From a bacterium (GTDB lineage Bacteria; SAR324; JACQKK01), in NCBI GenBank assembly GCA_965240465.1, contig OZ251219.1, positions 1,312,001-1,376,000 on the forward strand: a DNA stretch of 64,000 nucleotides. Reading direction: 5' to 3'. Every line of letters begins with the position of its first letter. The stretch's first letter is position 1. Shown in pieces: positions 47,753-58,490 of the stretch. A program made the translations under genes and the position numbers. Under the pieces are notes generated by a model. The model was given only the letters and a program-made list of their open reading frames with translations, searched no databases and was not told the origin of the DNA.

Positions 47753-49117
47753 TTAGCGAGCAGCACTTTTTATAGGAGGTGGCAGCCCTTCCTTTACCTC
47801 GGCAATGGCTAAGCTAGGCATCGCTCGCATGAATAAGATGAACAAGGTAAAGAAAAATCCAAAGCTACCCAAAGTAATTCCAAATTCAATGATGGTAGGA
47901 TGATAACTCCCCCAGTTAGTAGGATTAAAGTCTCTTTGCAGCGAGCTGACTACGATATTAAAACGCTCAAACCACATGCCGATGTTTATAAAAATAGAAA
48001 TCACAAACAAGGCAATCGGATTACTACGAATCCTAAAACGCCACAAGGGTAAGGGGACAATCACATTGCAGAATATCATCAGCCAGAAAGCTATCTGTGG
48101 AAAACCAAAAGCTCCTTTATCGCTCACAGGGTCTAGGCTACCGGGCTCTCCAAAGGGGCGGAAGTAAAATATGGCACGCTCAAAAGGAACTCCGCTGTAC
48201 CAAGCAATAAAGAACTCCACTATGTAAGCATAGCCCACAATTATAGAAGTGAATAGGATAACCCGTGCCATGCTCTGCAGGACATGCGTGGTAATGTACT
48301 TTTGCCATCCAAACACCACCCGCATGGGGATCACGATGGTTAATACCATCGCCAACCCAGAAAAAATAGCTCCAGCCACAAAATAAGGGGCAAAGATAGT
48401 AGTATGCCAGCCGGGTATCAGCGACATGGCGAAATCCCAAGAGACAATGGAATGCACCGAAAATACTAAGGGAGTAGCAAAAGCAGCCAATAACAGATAG
48501 CCACGCGTAAAATGCGTCCACTGCTGATAGGAGTTATTCCAACCGATGGATAGCATAGAATATATCTTTCGCCTCAGTCCAGCAGCACTGTCTCTTAAAG
48601 AGGCTAAATCAGGGATCAAGCCCACAATAAAGAAGGTGATGGAGATGGTCAGATAAGTGCTTACCGCGAACACATCCCATACCAATGGAGATTTGAAATT
48701 CACCCAGAGCAATCGCTGATTAGGATAGGGAATCAGCCAATAGGCATACCAAATGCGACCAACATGAATAAGCGGAAACAGCCCCGCGGTCATAACTGCA
48801 AATACGGTCATCGCCTCGGCAGCCCGATAAACAGGGGCACGCCACGGAGCACGCGTCAGAAAAAACACGGCTGAGATCAGAGTGCCTGCGTGACCAATCC
48901 CCACCCAAAAGACAAAATTAGTGATATACACTCCCCAGCCAATCGGGTGCGAAATGCCACTTAATCCCAAGCCAACATCAATCTGGATTGCTAAGCTAAT
49001 TACACCAATCCCCAAAGCTGTCACAAAGCCTATCAACAGCAGAAAATAGGCAGGCTTAGGACGCTCCAGTGTCTTTAGGACATCGTGATTTACCTCAGCA
49101 TAGCTAATTGATTTCAT
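47753..49117 (-). CDS. actC: Alternative complex III subunit ActC (NrfD/PsrC family)
   Basis: NFVFWVGIGHAGTLISA, SPLVWDVFAV, SVHSIVSWDF, PGWHTTIFAPYFVAGAIFSG, GMWFERF. Confidence 0.93.
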   Translation of the reverse strand: MKSISYAEVNHDVLKTLERPKPAYFLLLIGFVTALGIGVISLAIQIDVGLGLSGISHPIGWGVYITNFVFWVGIGHAGTLISAVFFLTRAPWRAPVYRAAEAMTVFAVMTAGLFPLIHVGRIWYAYWLIPYPNQRLLWVNFKSPLVWDVFAVSTYLTISITFFIVGLIPDLASLRDSAAGLRRKIYSMLSIGWNNSYQQWTHFTRGYLLLAAFATPLVFSVHSIVSWDFAMSLIPGWHTTIFAPYFVAGAIFSGLAMVLTIVIPMRVVFGWQKYITTHVLQSMARVILFTSIIVGYAYIVEFFIAWYSGVPFERAIFYFRPFGEPGSLDPVSDKGAFGFPQIAFWLMIFCNVIVPLPLWRFRIRSNPIALFVISIFINIGMWFERFNIVVSSLQRDFNPTNWGSYHPTIIEFGITLGSFGFFFTLFILFMRAMPSLAIAEVKEGLPPPIKSAAR

Positions 49118-49156
49118 GTTTCCTTAGTTAGAACATCAGAACACCTCTAGCGAGGC

Positions 49157-49223
49157 TCAGCTATGTTTGCCCATTGCATCAGCTATGTTTGCCCATTGCA
49201 TCAGCTATGTTTGCCCGATTGCA
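49157..49223. repeat. 22-bp tandem repeat x3 overlapping the actB stop
   Basis: (tcagctatgtttgcccattgca)3. Confidence 0.9.
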
Positions 49224-52200
49224 ATAAGTAGGTGCGAGGTGGGTGCGAGGTGGTAGGTGCAAGGTGACCGAGACCGCTACTCTCAGGCTTTTTAATCCCC
49301 TCATTTTCATTATCCTTAGTCCCCATGGATTTCGGTATAGGTTGGTAGGTTATTTTGCGTAAGTAGGTGACCGCAGGCAGTTGATTGAGTTCTTCTAGCA
49401 CTTCATATTGCCTGACCCGACCACTTCGGTTGCTACGGGCAGCTTTTTTGGAAACTTCGCTATTAGCATCGGTCAGGTTGCCAAAGGTAATCGCTTGAGT
49501 GGGGCAGGTTTGGGCACAAGCTGGAGTTATTTCGCCATCTTGGATGTTACGCCCTTTTCCTTGGGCCGTTCTGCGGGCTTTGTTGATACGCTGTACGCAG
49601 AAGGTGCATTTTTCCATAATTCCCTTAGAGCGTACGGTGACATCGGGGTTAAGTTGTAGTTCCAAGGGGGATTCCCACTGGTAATTGAACCAGTTAAAGC
49701 GGCGAACTTTGTAGACACAGTTGTTAGAGCAATATCGGGTTCCCACACAGCGATTATACACTTGTGCATTTAGTCCTTCCGAATTGTGATAAGTGGCAAA
49801 AACAGGGCAGACACTCTCACAGCCAGCATTACCGCATTGCTGACAAAACATGGGTTGGTTCACCACTACTGAGTCATCGCCATCGCCCTCTACATAGCGA
49901 TTGATGGTTAGCCATGCCATTTCTCGCCCTAGTTTTACTAGTTCCTTACCTACTACGGGGATATTGTTTTCAGCATAGCAGGCTACCACGCAGGCATTAC
50001 AGCCATTGCAGCTATCCAAGTCTACGCTCATTCCCCAGCGATATGGGTCGTGATAGCCCGGTACTTTTTCTTCAACTGGTTTATAAAAACTAACGTTCTT
50101 GTGGCTACTATGATGCTTATGTACGGGTGATTTCCCTTGTTGAGCTGATTTCAGGGTTTGTATTTGAGCGATTTCTCGTCCTTGTTGGCGGCTGGTGAAA
50201 TCGGTTTGGGTCATGTTGCCATCTTGGTGGAGGCCTTTAATTTGTACCCGAGTGGAAAGCCAAGCGGCTTCGCCCGAGTGGGGATCGGCTAGGGGAGGCA
50301 GTAGATTGACGACATTAACTCCTATATTTTTGGCAGTCTTGCCAGCCACGGTACGTCCTAGGCCACTGGGGATGGCTACCGCGTCGCGATGTATGCCATA
50401 GCTCAACCAAGCGGGGACTTCCAATTGACCGTAGGGGCTGGTGATGCGTACTTGTTCTCCGTGAGCGATTTTCAATTTGCGGGCGGTATTGGGATGTATT
50501 TCCATCCATGATCCCCAAGCTACTTTGGTTATTTGGTCGGGGATTTCCTGTAGCCACGGGTTGCTAGCACTTTTACCGTCGGCACTATGGCGTGGAGATG
50601 AGGAAGCAATAAGTACTAAGCCTTTCCCAGTAAATTTGGCATTTGCAGAGCGTTGCCGAAAAGCATTGACATTGATATTAGGCGTACTTTTATCCTCCAC
50701 CTTACGAAATACTCCTCCTCGTTGTAGGCCCGAACGCCAGAAAGTTTCAAAGTTTCCTCCTACCTCCCACTGACGCTTTAATTCTCGCCATTGGTTTTGG
50801 AGGATGTCCTTGTAGTCGGAGTATTTTTCAAATTCCCTGCTTCCTATGGCTTTGGAAATGTTTATCAGGGTATCTTCAGCGGCTTTAACTGGGTGCAGGG
50901 GTGTCATGACTGGTTGTAGGAGGGAGGCTATTCCTGATCGGGGGAAGGCATCTCCCCAGCGTTCAAAAGAACTTAAACTGGGTAGCGAAACATGGGCTTT
51001 GGCGGTGGTTTCATCTTGCATTGAATTGAGGCTTACCAGCATCCCCGATGCTTGCAATCTTTGCAAAGCTCCCGCGAAGCGAGCAGAACTGGGGAGCATG
51101 TAGAGCGGGTTACAATTATCAACGATAAGCAGCTGTACCTCCAAGTTATAGATACGCTCAACAAGGGTTTCTATTTCGCTCCAAGTGGCTGGGGCGTGAA
51201 TCTGTGTTTGTCCCTTAAAAACGACGGTGCGTCCTATGTTATCAGCCAGATAGTTTAGAATTGCGACTGCCAACTGAGTCCGACTGCTTCCAGTGGAAGC
51301 TGTGCTACGTCCGCCTGCCAGTGCCAAACTGGGAGAAGTCGCTACGAATTCACGGGCAACCAAACGCAACTTGGATTCTTCTATTCCACATACTCTGACT
51401 GCATTAGCTATGCTGTGTCCTCGCAGATAACCTTTTATGGTATCAACATTTGGTGGCTTTTTACCGCGTACTCGCAATAATTCGCTGGCTAGCCCCAGGG
51501 CTAATTCGGCTTCGGTCCCAGGCCTTATGTTTAGCCACAAGTCAGCATTGGACCCTGTTAAAGACCTATGCGGTCCGATATGCACAAACTTTCCTCCTCG
51601 GCGACGGCGGGCATCGTCATAGGAGTGCATGTCAGCAAAGCGGCGAGCATTTTCTACGGGGTTTTGCCATGTTTCCAAGAAGTCGCTACCGAAATTGAGC
51701 AAATAGCGGGCTTTTTCAATCCGATGCTCAGGTACCTCGTTAAAGCCAAGCAGTTTTTTATAAGCCCAACGCAAGCTATGATGAGTATCGGCAGCCAAGA
51801 CCACCTTAGGGGATATGCCCAAACTGCGTGTCCAGCGGTCTAGAAACCCTCCGCGACTACCAGCGACATTATCGGTTAGTAGTACTGCTTGGGTGGGATT
51901 GCTCAGCGATTTCAATTTATCAGCTACTTGCTGTTCTGCCTTTTGCCAAGCGATTTCTTGCCAACGACCGCGATCATCACGGTTTCTAGCAGTTTTCAAG
52001 CGATCTGGGTTGTAATGTGTTTGTAGCGATGCCTGTCCTCTGGCACAAAGCCGTCCTTGGTTAATGGGATGATCTGGGTTGCCTTCTGCTTTAATTGGGC
52101 GACCTTCGCGGGTTTTGATTATCATTCCGCAATGGGCATCGCACTCCATGCAGGTGGTGGCATATTCCAAGGGCACCCCAGGGACGTACTCCACTCCCTC

Positions 52201-52392
52201 GGGGACGGTCAGGTAAGGGATTAGCTTTTCGGGCTTGTCCTTACAAGCACTGAGAGCCGCGGCAGCTCCGCCAGATGCCAGTACCTTGAAAAATTCACGC
52301 CTTTTCAATCCATTGCTCAATCCATTGCTCAATCCATTGCCCAATCCATTGCCATTAGAGGCATCCTGAGTATTGTCGCCATTTTTGCTCAT
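49201..52392 (-). CDS. actB: Alternative complex III subunit ActB (molybdopterin-oxidoreductase-like domain plus Fe-S domain, Tat signal)
   Basis: KRREFFK Tat motif, EGRPIKAEGNPDHP, CNGCNACVVAC, CQQCGNAGCESVCP, RCVGTRYC, EKCTFCVQR. Confidence 0.93.
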   Translation of the reverse strand: MSKNGDNTQDASNGNGLGNGLSNGLSNGLKRREFFKVLASGGAAAALSACKDKPEKLIPYLTVPEGVEYVPGVPLEYATTCMECDAHCGMIIKTREGRPIKAEGNPDHPINQGRLCARGQASLQTHYNPDRLKTARNRDDRGRWQEIAWQKAEQQVADKLKSLSNPTQAVLLTDNVAGSRGGFLDRWTRSLGISPKVVLAADTHHSLRWAYKKLLGFNEVPEHRIEKARYLLNFGSDFLETWQNPVENARRFADMHSYDDARRRRGGKFVHIGPHRSLTGSNADLWLNIRPGTEAELALGLASELLRVRGKKPPNVDTIKGYLRGHSIANAVRVCGIEESKLRLVAREFVATSPSLALAGGRSTASTGSSRTQLAVAILNYLADNIGRTVVFKGQTQIHAPATWSEIETLVERIYNLEVQLLIVDNCNPLYMLPSSARFAGALQRLQASGMLVSLNSMQDETTAKAHVSLPSLSSFERWGDAFPRSGIASLLQPVMTPLHPVKAAEDTLINISKAIGSREFEKYSDYKDILQNQWRELKRQWEVGGNFETFWRSGLQRGGVFRKVEDKSTPNINVNAFRQRSANAKFTGKGLVLIASSSPRHSADGKSASNPWLQEIPDQITKVAWGSWMEIHPNTARKLKIAHGEQVRITSPYGQLEVPAWLSYGIHRDAVAIPSGLGRTVAGKTAKNIGVNVVNLLPPLADPHSGEAAWLSTRVQIKGLHQDGNMTQTDFTSRQQGREIAQIQTLKSAQQGKSPVHKHHSSHKNVSFYKPVEEKVPGYHDPYRWGMSVDLDSCNGCNACVVACYAENNIPVVGKELVKLGREMAWLTINRYVEGDGDDSVVVNQPMFCQQCGNAGCESVCPVFATYHNSEGLNAQVYNRCVGTRYCSNNCVYKVRRFNWFNYQWESPLELQLNPDVTVRSKGIMEKCTFCVQRINKARRTAQGKGRNIQDGEITPACAQTCPTQAITFGNLTDANSEVSKKAARSNRSGRVRQYEVLEELNQLPAVTYLRKITYQPIPKSMGTKDNENEGIKKPESSGLGHLAPTTSHPPRTYLLQSGKHS

Positions 52393-52404
52393 AACGCTTA
52401 CTTT

Positions 52405-53139
52405 CTATTGATGACAGGTCAAGCAATCTGTCAAATGAGCCCTAGCGATCCCAGTACTAGGATGCTGCCACTCCTTAGTTTTTAGATCCTCACTGGAAGT
52501 AGCTATAGCTCGTTTACGCTCCATTGCTCCCGGCACTCGCAAATGACATTCCAAACACCAGCCCATCTTGCCAAAATTTTTGACTTGTTTCTCTACCACG
52601 ACAAGCTTTTCTACCATGCCATGACAATCCTTACAAGGAACGCCTTTAGGAAAAATCTCATTGCGAGCATTAACATGCTTGTCGTGAGGAAATTTGACAA
52701 AATCAGGTAAATCATGAATCTTTACCCACGGTATCGGTTCTTGACGCTCCCAGTACCCCAGCAATTTCTGAATCTCGGTCAATTGCGTACCCACCACCTG
52801 ATGACATCCCACACACACCGAAACGGGCGGCACTGCTGCAACTGAACTGCGAGTAACCCCAAAATGACAGTACTGGCAGTCAATTCCGCTTTGACCTGCA
52901 TGAATCAGGTGACTGAAGGGCAGAGGTTGCCGACCAGCAGGGATTTTAGCTACTTCAGCATCGCTCAGCTGGGCATGAGCAGGACTCCCAGCCAACAACA
53001 GCACGAAACACCCGAGATACCAGTACCCGAGGCACCAGTGCATCTTCATCGGCGATCTATACTGAGGTACTTTACAATCCATCGGTCTGTTTTTACTAGT
53101 TATACCGATTATCCCTAATCTTCTTCCAAGCATCCACAA
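52405..53139 (-). CDS. actA: Alternative complex III pentaheme cytochrome c ActA
   Basis: Five CxxCH motifs (CQYCH, CVGCH, CKDCH, CLECH, CLTCH), QPLPFSHLIHAG, LPDFVKFPH; start uncertain. Confidence 0.9.
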   Translation of the reverse strand: MWMLGRRLGIIGITSKNRPMDCKVPQYRSPMKMHWCLGYWYLGCFVLLLAGSPAHAQLSDAEVAKIPAGRQPLPFSHLIHAGQSGIDCQYCHFGVTRSSVAAVPPVSVCVGCHQVVGTQLTEIQKLLGYWERQEPIPWVKIHDLPDFVKFPHDKHVNARNEIFPKGVPCKDCHGMVEKLVVVEKQVKNFGKMGWCLECHLRVPGAMERKRAIATSSEDLKTKEWQHPSTGIARAHLTDCLTCHQ

Positions 53140-53285
53140 CCGATGAACTTGCCATACTTATGCGAAGTAACATACTCCTCGGCATTCAAACATATTTGCT
53201 TTACTTAAAGCAAGCATTTTTATACATAAGCAATCTAATTTACCATGAAGCTAACCAAAGGTCGGTAGTAAAAAGGGGGAAATTC

Positions 53286-54446
53286 CTAGAATCTCACCGT
53301 TACAGGATGAGCATGGTCTTCTGTTTTGCCATTGCCTAGTTGACCTTTATTGCCTTTACCCCAGCATTGTACCGCTAGGTTATTCATCAAGGCACAATTG
53401 TGATTACCACCAGCAGTAAGAAAAAGAACTTTGTTTTCCAAAGAGGAAATTCTTATTGGGATGTACTCATCTGCAGTTCTGTCATTACCTAATTGGTGAA
53501 CATTACCAGCTCCCCAGCAGAAAACATTTCTAGTAGCAATGGCACAAGTATGTGATTGCCCAGCAGATACCGAAAAAACACCGCTGGTCAATCCAACTAC
53601 CTGAACAGGAATTTGTTGATCCTCGGTTTGACCATTGCCCAACTGCCCATTAGCTCCTTTACCCCAGCAAAGTGCTTTACCTCTAACCATGGCACAATTA
53701 TGATCAGCACCCGCAGAGATTGTAAAAGCACCTTCGGTTATTCCAGTTACTTGAACGGGTACTTGATGACTGGTAGTATCTCCATTACCCAGCTGTCCAT
53801 TACTACCTTCACCCCAGCAGAAGACACTGCCTCTCGCAATAGCACAGCTGTGCCTTGCACCTACTACAATGATAGATACATTTCTCTCTAAGCCCTCAAC
53901 TTGCACAGCAGCAGCTTGAGAATCACCAGAACCATTTCCCAACTGACCGAAATCATTATTACCCCAACACTTGGCACTCCTATCTACCACCGCGCAAGTA
54001 TGTCGCTCGCCAGCTGCAATAGAAGTAATCCTACCACTAATCCCCAACACCGATACTGGCACAAGCTGTTCATGCTGGCTCAAATTGCCATCTCCCAGAC
54101 GACCATGCTCTCCTTCTCCCCAGCACAGGACACTCTTATCTACCACCGCACAACTATGAGCAGCACCCGCAGATACACGAAAAATTTTTCCCGAAATACT
54201 AGACACATCTACAGGAATTGCGTTATCCTGTTGCTCGTTGTTGCCTAATTCACCGCTTTCACCACTACCCCAACAAGCTATACCCTCACTATTGATGGCA
54301 CATGAATGCTTTAGTCCTGAGGAAACATCGGATACAAAACTAACATTAGGTAAATCAAATTCTGGCAGCTCGTATTTCATGTCCCCACAGGCAGCTAGTA
54401 GCATAAAAAATAGTGTCCCTGATATAAGGTTTAATGGTTTCATCAT
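53286..54446 (-). CDS. RCC1/BLIP-II repeat lipoprotein
   Basis: LAAC lipobox; seven (AGxxHxCA...CWGxGxxGQLG) repeats. Confidence 0.9.
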   Translation of the reverse strand: MMKPLNLISGTLFFMLLAACGDMKYELPEFDLPNVSFVSDVSSGLKHSCAINSEGIACWGSGESGELGNNEQQDNAIPVDVSSISGKIFRVSAGAAHSCAVVDKSVLCWGEGEHGRLGDGNLSQHEQLVPVSVLGISGRITSIAAGERHTCAVVDRSAKCWGNNDFGQLGNGSGDSQAAAVQVEGLERNVSIIVVGARHSCAIARGSVFCWGEGSNGQLGNGDTTSHQVPVQVTGITEGAFTISAGADHNCAMVRGKALCWGKGANGQLGNGQTEDQQIPVQVVGLTSGVFSVSAGQSHTCAIATRNVFCWGAGNVHQLGNDRTADEYIPIRISSLENKVLFLTAGGNHNCALMNNLAVQCWGKGNKGQLGNGKTEDHAHPVTVRF

Positions 54447-54642
54447 ATATTCTCTTCAAAAGATTTTTTATTATTTTTATAAAATGTTTATAGAATGCTT
54501 GCCTGTTGATCATTTGCGGCAAGTATGTCTACTTAAAAAAATAACTTTATGATGTGATGTGCCTATCAATACAAATTGAGTTTTCTGTGAAGATTTTTTG
54601 TGTTGCTCCCATTTGTAAATTTCTGTCTTGCCCCTATTCACT

Positions 54643-56157
54643 ATGAAAAAAAGTACACCCTTGCCGAATCTGTATCACCCTAGGGAGAATCCAGATGTAG
54701 TCAGCACGAAGGCACCTGCCTTGGTATCTACCTCTACCCCTGAGAAAGTGCCCCCAGCACCTACCTCTGAGAAGATGCCTACCCCAGTGCCTACCCCTGA
54801 AGGGGAAGAGATTTGGCCTCCTGAGCTTAATTTGTTGTTATCCCAGCGAATTGCGGTAGGGGAGAATCACACGGCAGTCATCCACGATGGTCGGGTGTTC
54901 TGCTGGGGATGCAATAAGTACGGTCAATTAGGGATTGAGCAAGGTGATGAAAAAGACGAATATTCTGAAACGATTATTTCTTGTAACCGCCCCTTGACTT
55001 CGGTGAAACTTCCTGCGGCTGCGGTATCTGTTGCTACGGGTCAGCATTATACGCTGGCTCTGTTGGAGGATGGTCAAGTTTTCAGTTGGGGGGATAATAG
55101 ATATGGGCAGTTGGGCTTACGAAAATCTAAAGGCATACAATATAAAGCGACCCCTTCGGGTCCTATTCCGTTGCGGGTGAGATTGAAGCCTCTTAGTCCT
55201 GATCCTGAATATCCTTCTTTACTTAGAGCTTTGATTCCTAAGGATTTTCCCCCTGATGTTCACCCGATTCCCTTATCTTTGGTACGCATTTCCGCTCCTC
55301 CTGAGCCTCTGCCCGATGCTCCTCCTTCTCCGCCGTTATTGCTGGAACCCATTGTGCGAACGGCAGGTTTGGTTGCGGCAGAATCTCATTCTTGTCTGCT
55401 ACGGGAAGATGGTCAGCTATTTTGCTGGGGAGGAAATGAATTTGGCTGCTTAGGGTTTGGAAACACTGATTCCACTCGCAGACCGACCATAGAAATCCCT
55501 TTGCCAGACCGAGTTATGCAGGTAGCGGTCGGACAATCTCATACCGCGGTTTTGCTAAGAGATGGACGAGTTTTCAGCTGGGGGTTCAATGGTGATGGTC
55601 AATTGGGATTGGGTCATTGTGAAAACACTCTGCAGCCGACAAAGGCGATAAAGTTTCAGTCAGCTGCTTTGATGGTCAGTTGTGGATTTTCTCACACTGC
55701 GGTGCTGCTGGAAACGGGAGAAGTTTTTTGTTGGGGGTGGAATTACCACGGACGCTTGGGACTAGGGCATGAAGAGAATCGTCATCAGCCAGACGAGCCA
55801 GTTAAACTGCCGGGCAAAGCTATTGCTGTGGAAGCTGGTTGGGATTTCACCTGTGCCTTGCTGGAAGATGGACGCGTCTTCGGCTGGGGGAATAATTCTC
55901 AGGGGCAGCTAGGACTAAACACTCTCCGACCTGCAGAAGGCTTTAGCCGAGATAAATATGGCTATTATTGCGTTTCTCCTACTCGGTCGGTGGATCTGCC
56001 TCAGCCAGCAGTTGCTATTGCCGCGGGGACCAGTCACGTTGCGGTGCTACTGGAAAACGATCAAATTTTTTGCTGGGGAGGGAATCAATCAGGGCAGCTG
56101 GGGATAGGCGACAATGAGGGCACTCTAGGCCCAAATGTTCCCATTAGATTGCCCTAG
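54643..56157 (+). CDS. RCC1-repeat protein with Pro-rich N-terminus and insert
   Basis: Seven (HTAVL.EDG.VF.WG.N..GQLG) repeats; no signal peptide seen. Confidence 0.88.
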   Translation: MKKSTPLPNLYHPRENPDVVSTKAPALVSTSTPEKVPPAPTSEKMPTPVPTPEGEEIWPPELNLLLSQRIAVGENHTAVIHDGRVFCWGCNKYGQLGIEQGDEKDEYSETIISCNRPLTSVKLPAAAVSVATGQHYTLALLEDGQVFSWGDNRYGQLGLRKSKGIQYKATPSGPIPLRVRLKPLSPDPEYPSLLRALIPKDFPPDVHPIPLSLVRISAPPEPLPDAPPSPPLLLEPIVRTAGLVAAESHSCLLREDGQLFCWGGNEFGCLGFGNTDSTRRPTIEIPLPDRVMQVAVGQSHTAVLLRDGRVFSWGFNGDGQLGLGHCENTLQPTKAIKFQSAALMVSCGFSHTAVLLETGEVFCWGWNYHGRLGLGHEENRHQPDEPVKLPGKAIAVEAGWDFTCALLEDGRVFGWGNNSQGQLGLNTLRPAEGFSRDKYGYYCVSPTRSVDLPQPAVAIAAGTSHVAVLLENDQIFCWGGNQSGQLGIGDNEGTLGPNVPIRLP

Positions 56158-57261
56158 ACTTTCTAAGTTTTGGTCGGGCTCACTAGAAACGGCGACTTTA
56201 GGGGCGACCACTTCTATGTCGTCGCTGTGCGAGGCGGGGGTATAGCCCGGCTTTCGGGATAGGTCATTTTGATAATACTTCAATTGTTCTTTGTTTTTTA
56301 GTAAATCTCCATTGGGTAGGATGATGTTTTCTAAATCTCTGGTAGTTAGTAGCTGCTGCTTACTCAGTGTGGAACAAGACTTAAAAGAGGTCTCCTGAAT
56401 GCTAGCTTTTCTTAATTCCACTTCACTTAGATAAACATCTTGAAAATTGCTCTTGTATATTAGGGTTTCAGCAAAACTAGATCTACGCATCATGGTGCTT
56501 TCAAAATTAGCTTCCGAAATATATGCATGCTTAAAATTGCTACGCCAGAGCACCGTACGACGAAAATTTGTTCTCTGAATGGTCGCGTGCTTAAAATTTG
56601 TTTCTCCCAAATTAGCATGCTCAAAATTCATCTCCCTCATGATCGAATGCTCAAAATCAGCTTTTTCTAGCAAAAAACCCGTGAAATTTAAGTTGTTAAA
56701 ATAAATTTTTTCCTCATCCCAGTACCTATTCCGTCTGGCAATAATCTGCGCACAGGAATGGACATCAGCTCTTATTCTTAAGCGTCCCTTCTCTTCTGAT
56801 TTTAATTCTGCATTGGCAGGTAAATAAGCACACAGCAACGATAAAACCTGATAATGATACTCATCCGCTGCATTTTTCATCAGATTCTCCAAGGCATACA
56901 GAGCCCCCATACGAACTTCCACATTAGCGGTATGGTCCTCTTTCAGATTCCCCAGCTGTTTGATGGCAGAAATATACCTCCGCCCCTGTTCTTGCTTAAC
57001 ACGCACATCTGCCATCTGCTGTAGTACTCGGATCCCCGCCAACACCGCCCCCAAACAGAGTATCCCCAAACTAGCGAATCCCAACCTGAGAAGCATCCCT
57101 TCATTCCATTGCAATGCCTGCTGCAAACCCAGCAAAAAATCTCCCTTGCTACTGCCAACTTGCCAAGCAGTGTAAACCACTCCCCCCATAGCTAAAAAAC
57201 CCAGAAACAAGGCAAAGCCATGGACTCCACATTTTTTTATATTTTCCCACAATAAAATCAT
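56125..57261 (-). CDS. Pentapeptide-repeat membrane protein
   Basis: Two TM helices, AIKQLG...VRMGALYALE...LLCAY motif, then ADFEH/ANLGE/TNFKH pentapeptides. Confidence 0.87.
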   Translation of the reverse strand: MILLWENIKKCGVHGFALFLGFLAMGGVVYTAWQVGSSKGDFLLGLQQALQWNEGMLLRLGFASLGILCLGAVLAGIRVLQQMADVRVKQEQGRRYISAIKQLGNLKEDHTANVEVRMGALYALENLMKNAADEYHYQVLSLLCAYLPANAELKSEEKGRLRIRADVHSCAQIIARRNRYWDEEKIYFNNLNFTGFLLEKADFEHSIMREMNFEHANLGETNFKHATIQRTNFRRTVLWRSNFKHAYISEANFESTMMRRSSFAETLIYKSNFQDVYLSEVELRKASIQETSFKSCSTLSKQQLLTTRDLENIILPNGDLLKNKEQLKYYQNDLSRKPGYTPASHSDDIEVVAPKVAVSSEPDQNLESLGQSNGNIWA

Positions 57262-57342
57262 AACAAGACTTTCTTAAGGAAAGTATACCTGATTAAGAAT
57301 TTTTAATCACCTTTTTTGCAGAAAATACAAATTCCGCTTTAC

Positions 57343-58323
57343 TTAAAGACGACTAGCAACTACGGCTGCTCCCAGCAACCCAGGGCTAGGATGAGCAACA
57401 ACATAAAGAGGAATTTGTTCCATGGTGGTACTAAGGCGTCCCCTATTAGTGAACAAATGGATAAACTGAGGTTGATTGAGTAACGGAACAATGTTGTTAA
57501 CAAAATCACCGCAGAGATAAGCACCTCCTTTAGCAAGGTACTTTAGCACCAGATTAGAGGTTTCAGTAACTAGGGCTTCGCAGAAGAGCTGCAGGGTCTG
57601 TTGAGCAAGGGCATCATCCTGTTTGAGGGCTGCTTGAGTGATGGCAATTCCAGCATCCTGAGAACCCATTCTTGCCCGTGTAGCTGGTGATTCTGGGATG
57701 CCTTCTGCTTGATTGAGAAAATGGTAGATGTTCAGCAAGCCCGGACCAGATAGAACTCGCTCTACCGATACGGGTTTGTATTTACTCCTCAGCCATTGGA
57801 GTAGCCTGTCTTGTTGAGGATTAGTAGGTGCGAAGTCAGTATGTCCGCCTTCGCTGGCGATCACTTGCTCGCCATCAGAGGTAGGAATCACCGCGCTTTG
57901 TCCCAGACCAGTCCCTGGTCCTAGCACCACCTTAGGAAATTGTGGCTGTGGATTGCCAGATTTTAGGGTCAGTAAGTGCTGCGGTTTCAAATAGATACAC
58001 GCCCAAGCCATCGCAGAAAAGTCATTGATAAAGCATGTTTTTGGAATGCCTATGGTTTTACGGGTCAGAGGAGGAGAAATTTGCCAAGGCAAGTTGGCAG
58101 TGATAAAACCCTCTTCGGATACGGGGCCTGCAATGGCAATACAAGCAGCCGTTGGATGCTGATATGAGCATTCTTGCTGGAATTTGTTCACCACTTCCTC
58201 CAGCGAGGCAAACTGAGCAGAAGAATAGGTCTTCAGTAGCACAGCCCGCTCCAGATTATCGGGGTCATAGAGGGCAAAGCGACTATTTGTACCTCCGATG
58301 TCAATTGCAAGGATGCGATTCAT
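57343..58323 (-). CDS. glk: Glucokinase
   Basis: DIGGTNSRFA, IAGPV, INDF, GPGTGLG, SEGGH, ERVLSGPGL. Confidence 0.95.
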   Translation of the reverse strand: MNRILAIDIGGTNSRFALYDPDNLERAVLLKTYSSAQFASLEEVVNKFQQECSYQHPTAACIAIAGPVSEEGFITANLPWQISPPLTRKTIGIPKTCFINDFSAMAWACIYLKPQHLLTLKSGNPQPQFPKVVLGPGTGLGQSAVIPTSDGEQVIASEGGHTDFAPTNPQQDRLLQWLRSKYKPVSVERVLSGPGLLNIYHFLNQAEGIPESPATRARMGSQDAGIAITQAALKQDDALAQQTLQLFCEALVTETSNLVLKYLAKGGAYLCGDFVNNIVPLLNQPQFIHLFTNRGRLSTTMEQIPLYVVAHPSPGLLGAAVVASRL

Positions 58324-58417
58324 AAAACTCAACTAACGAAGGCTTGCGAGAATAGCTAAGAAAGTACTACGATGAAGACGATGCTGAGATATAAGTAAAG
58401 GTGAGCGATAAAATAAC

Positions 58418-58490
58418 GGGCGGTTAGCTCAGCTGGGAGAGCGGCGCCTTTACACGGCGTAGGTCGCAGGTTCAATCCCTGCACCGCCCA
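58418..58490 (+). tRNA. tRNA-Val(TAC)
   Basis: GGGCGGTTAGCTCAGCTGGGAGAGCGGCGCCTTTACACGGCGTAGGTCGCAGGTTCAATCCCTGCACCGCCCA; CCA not encoded. Confidence 0.97.
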
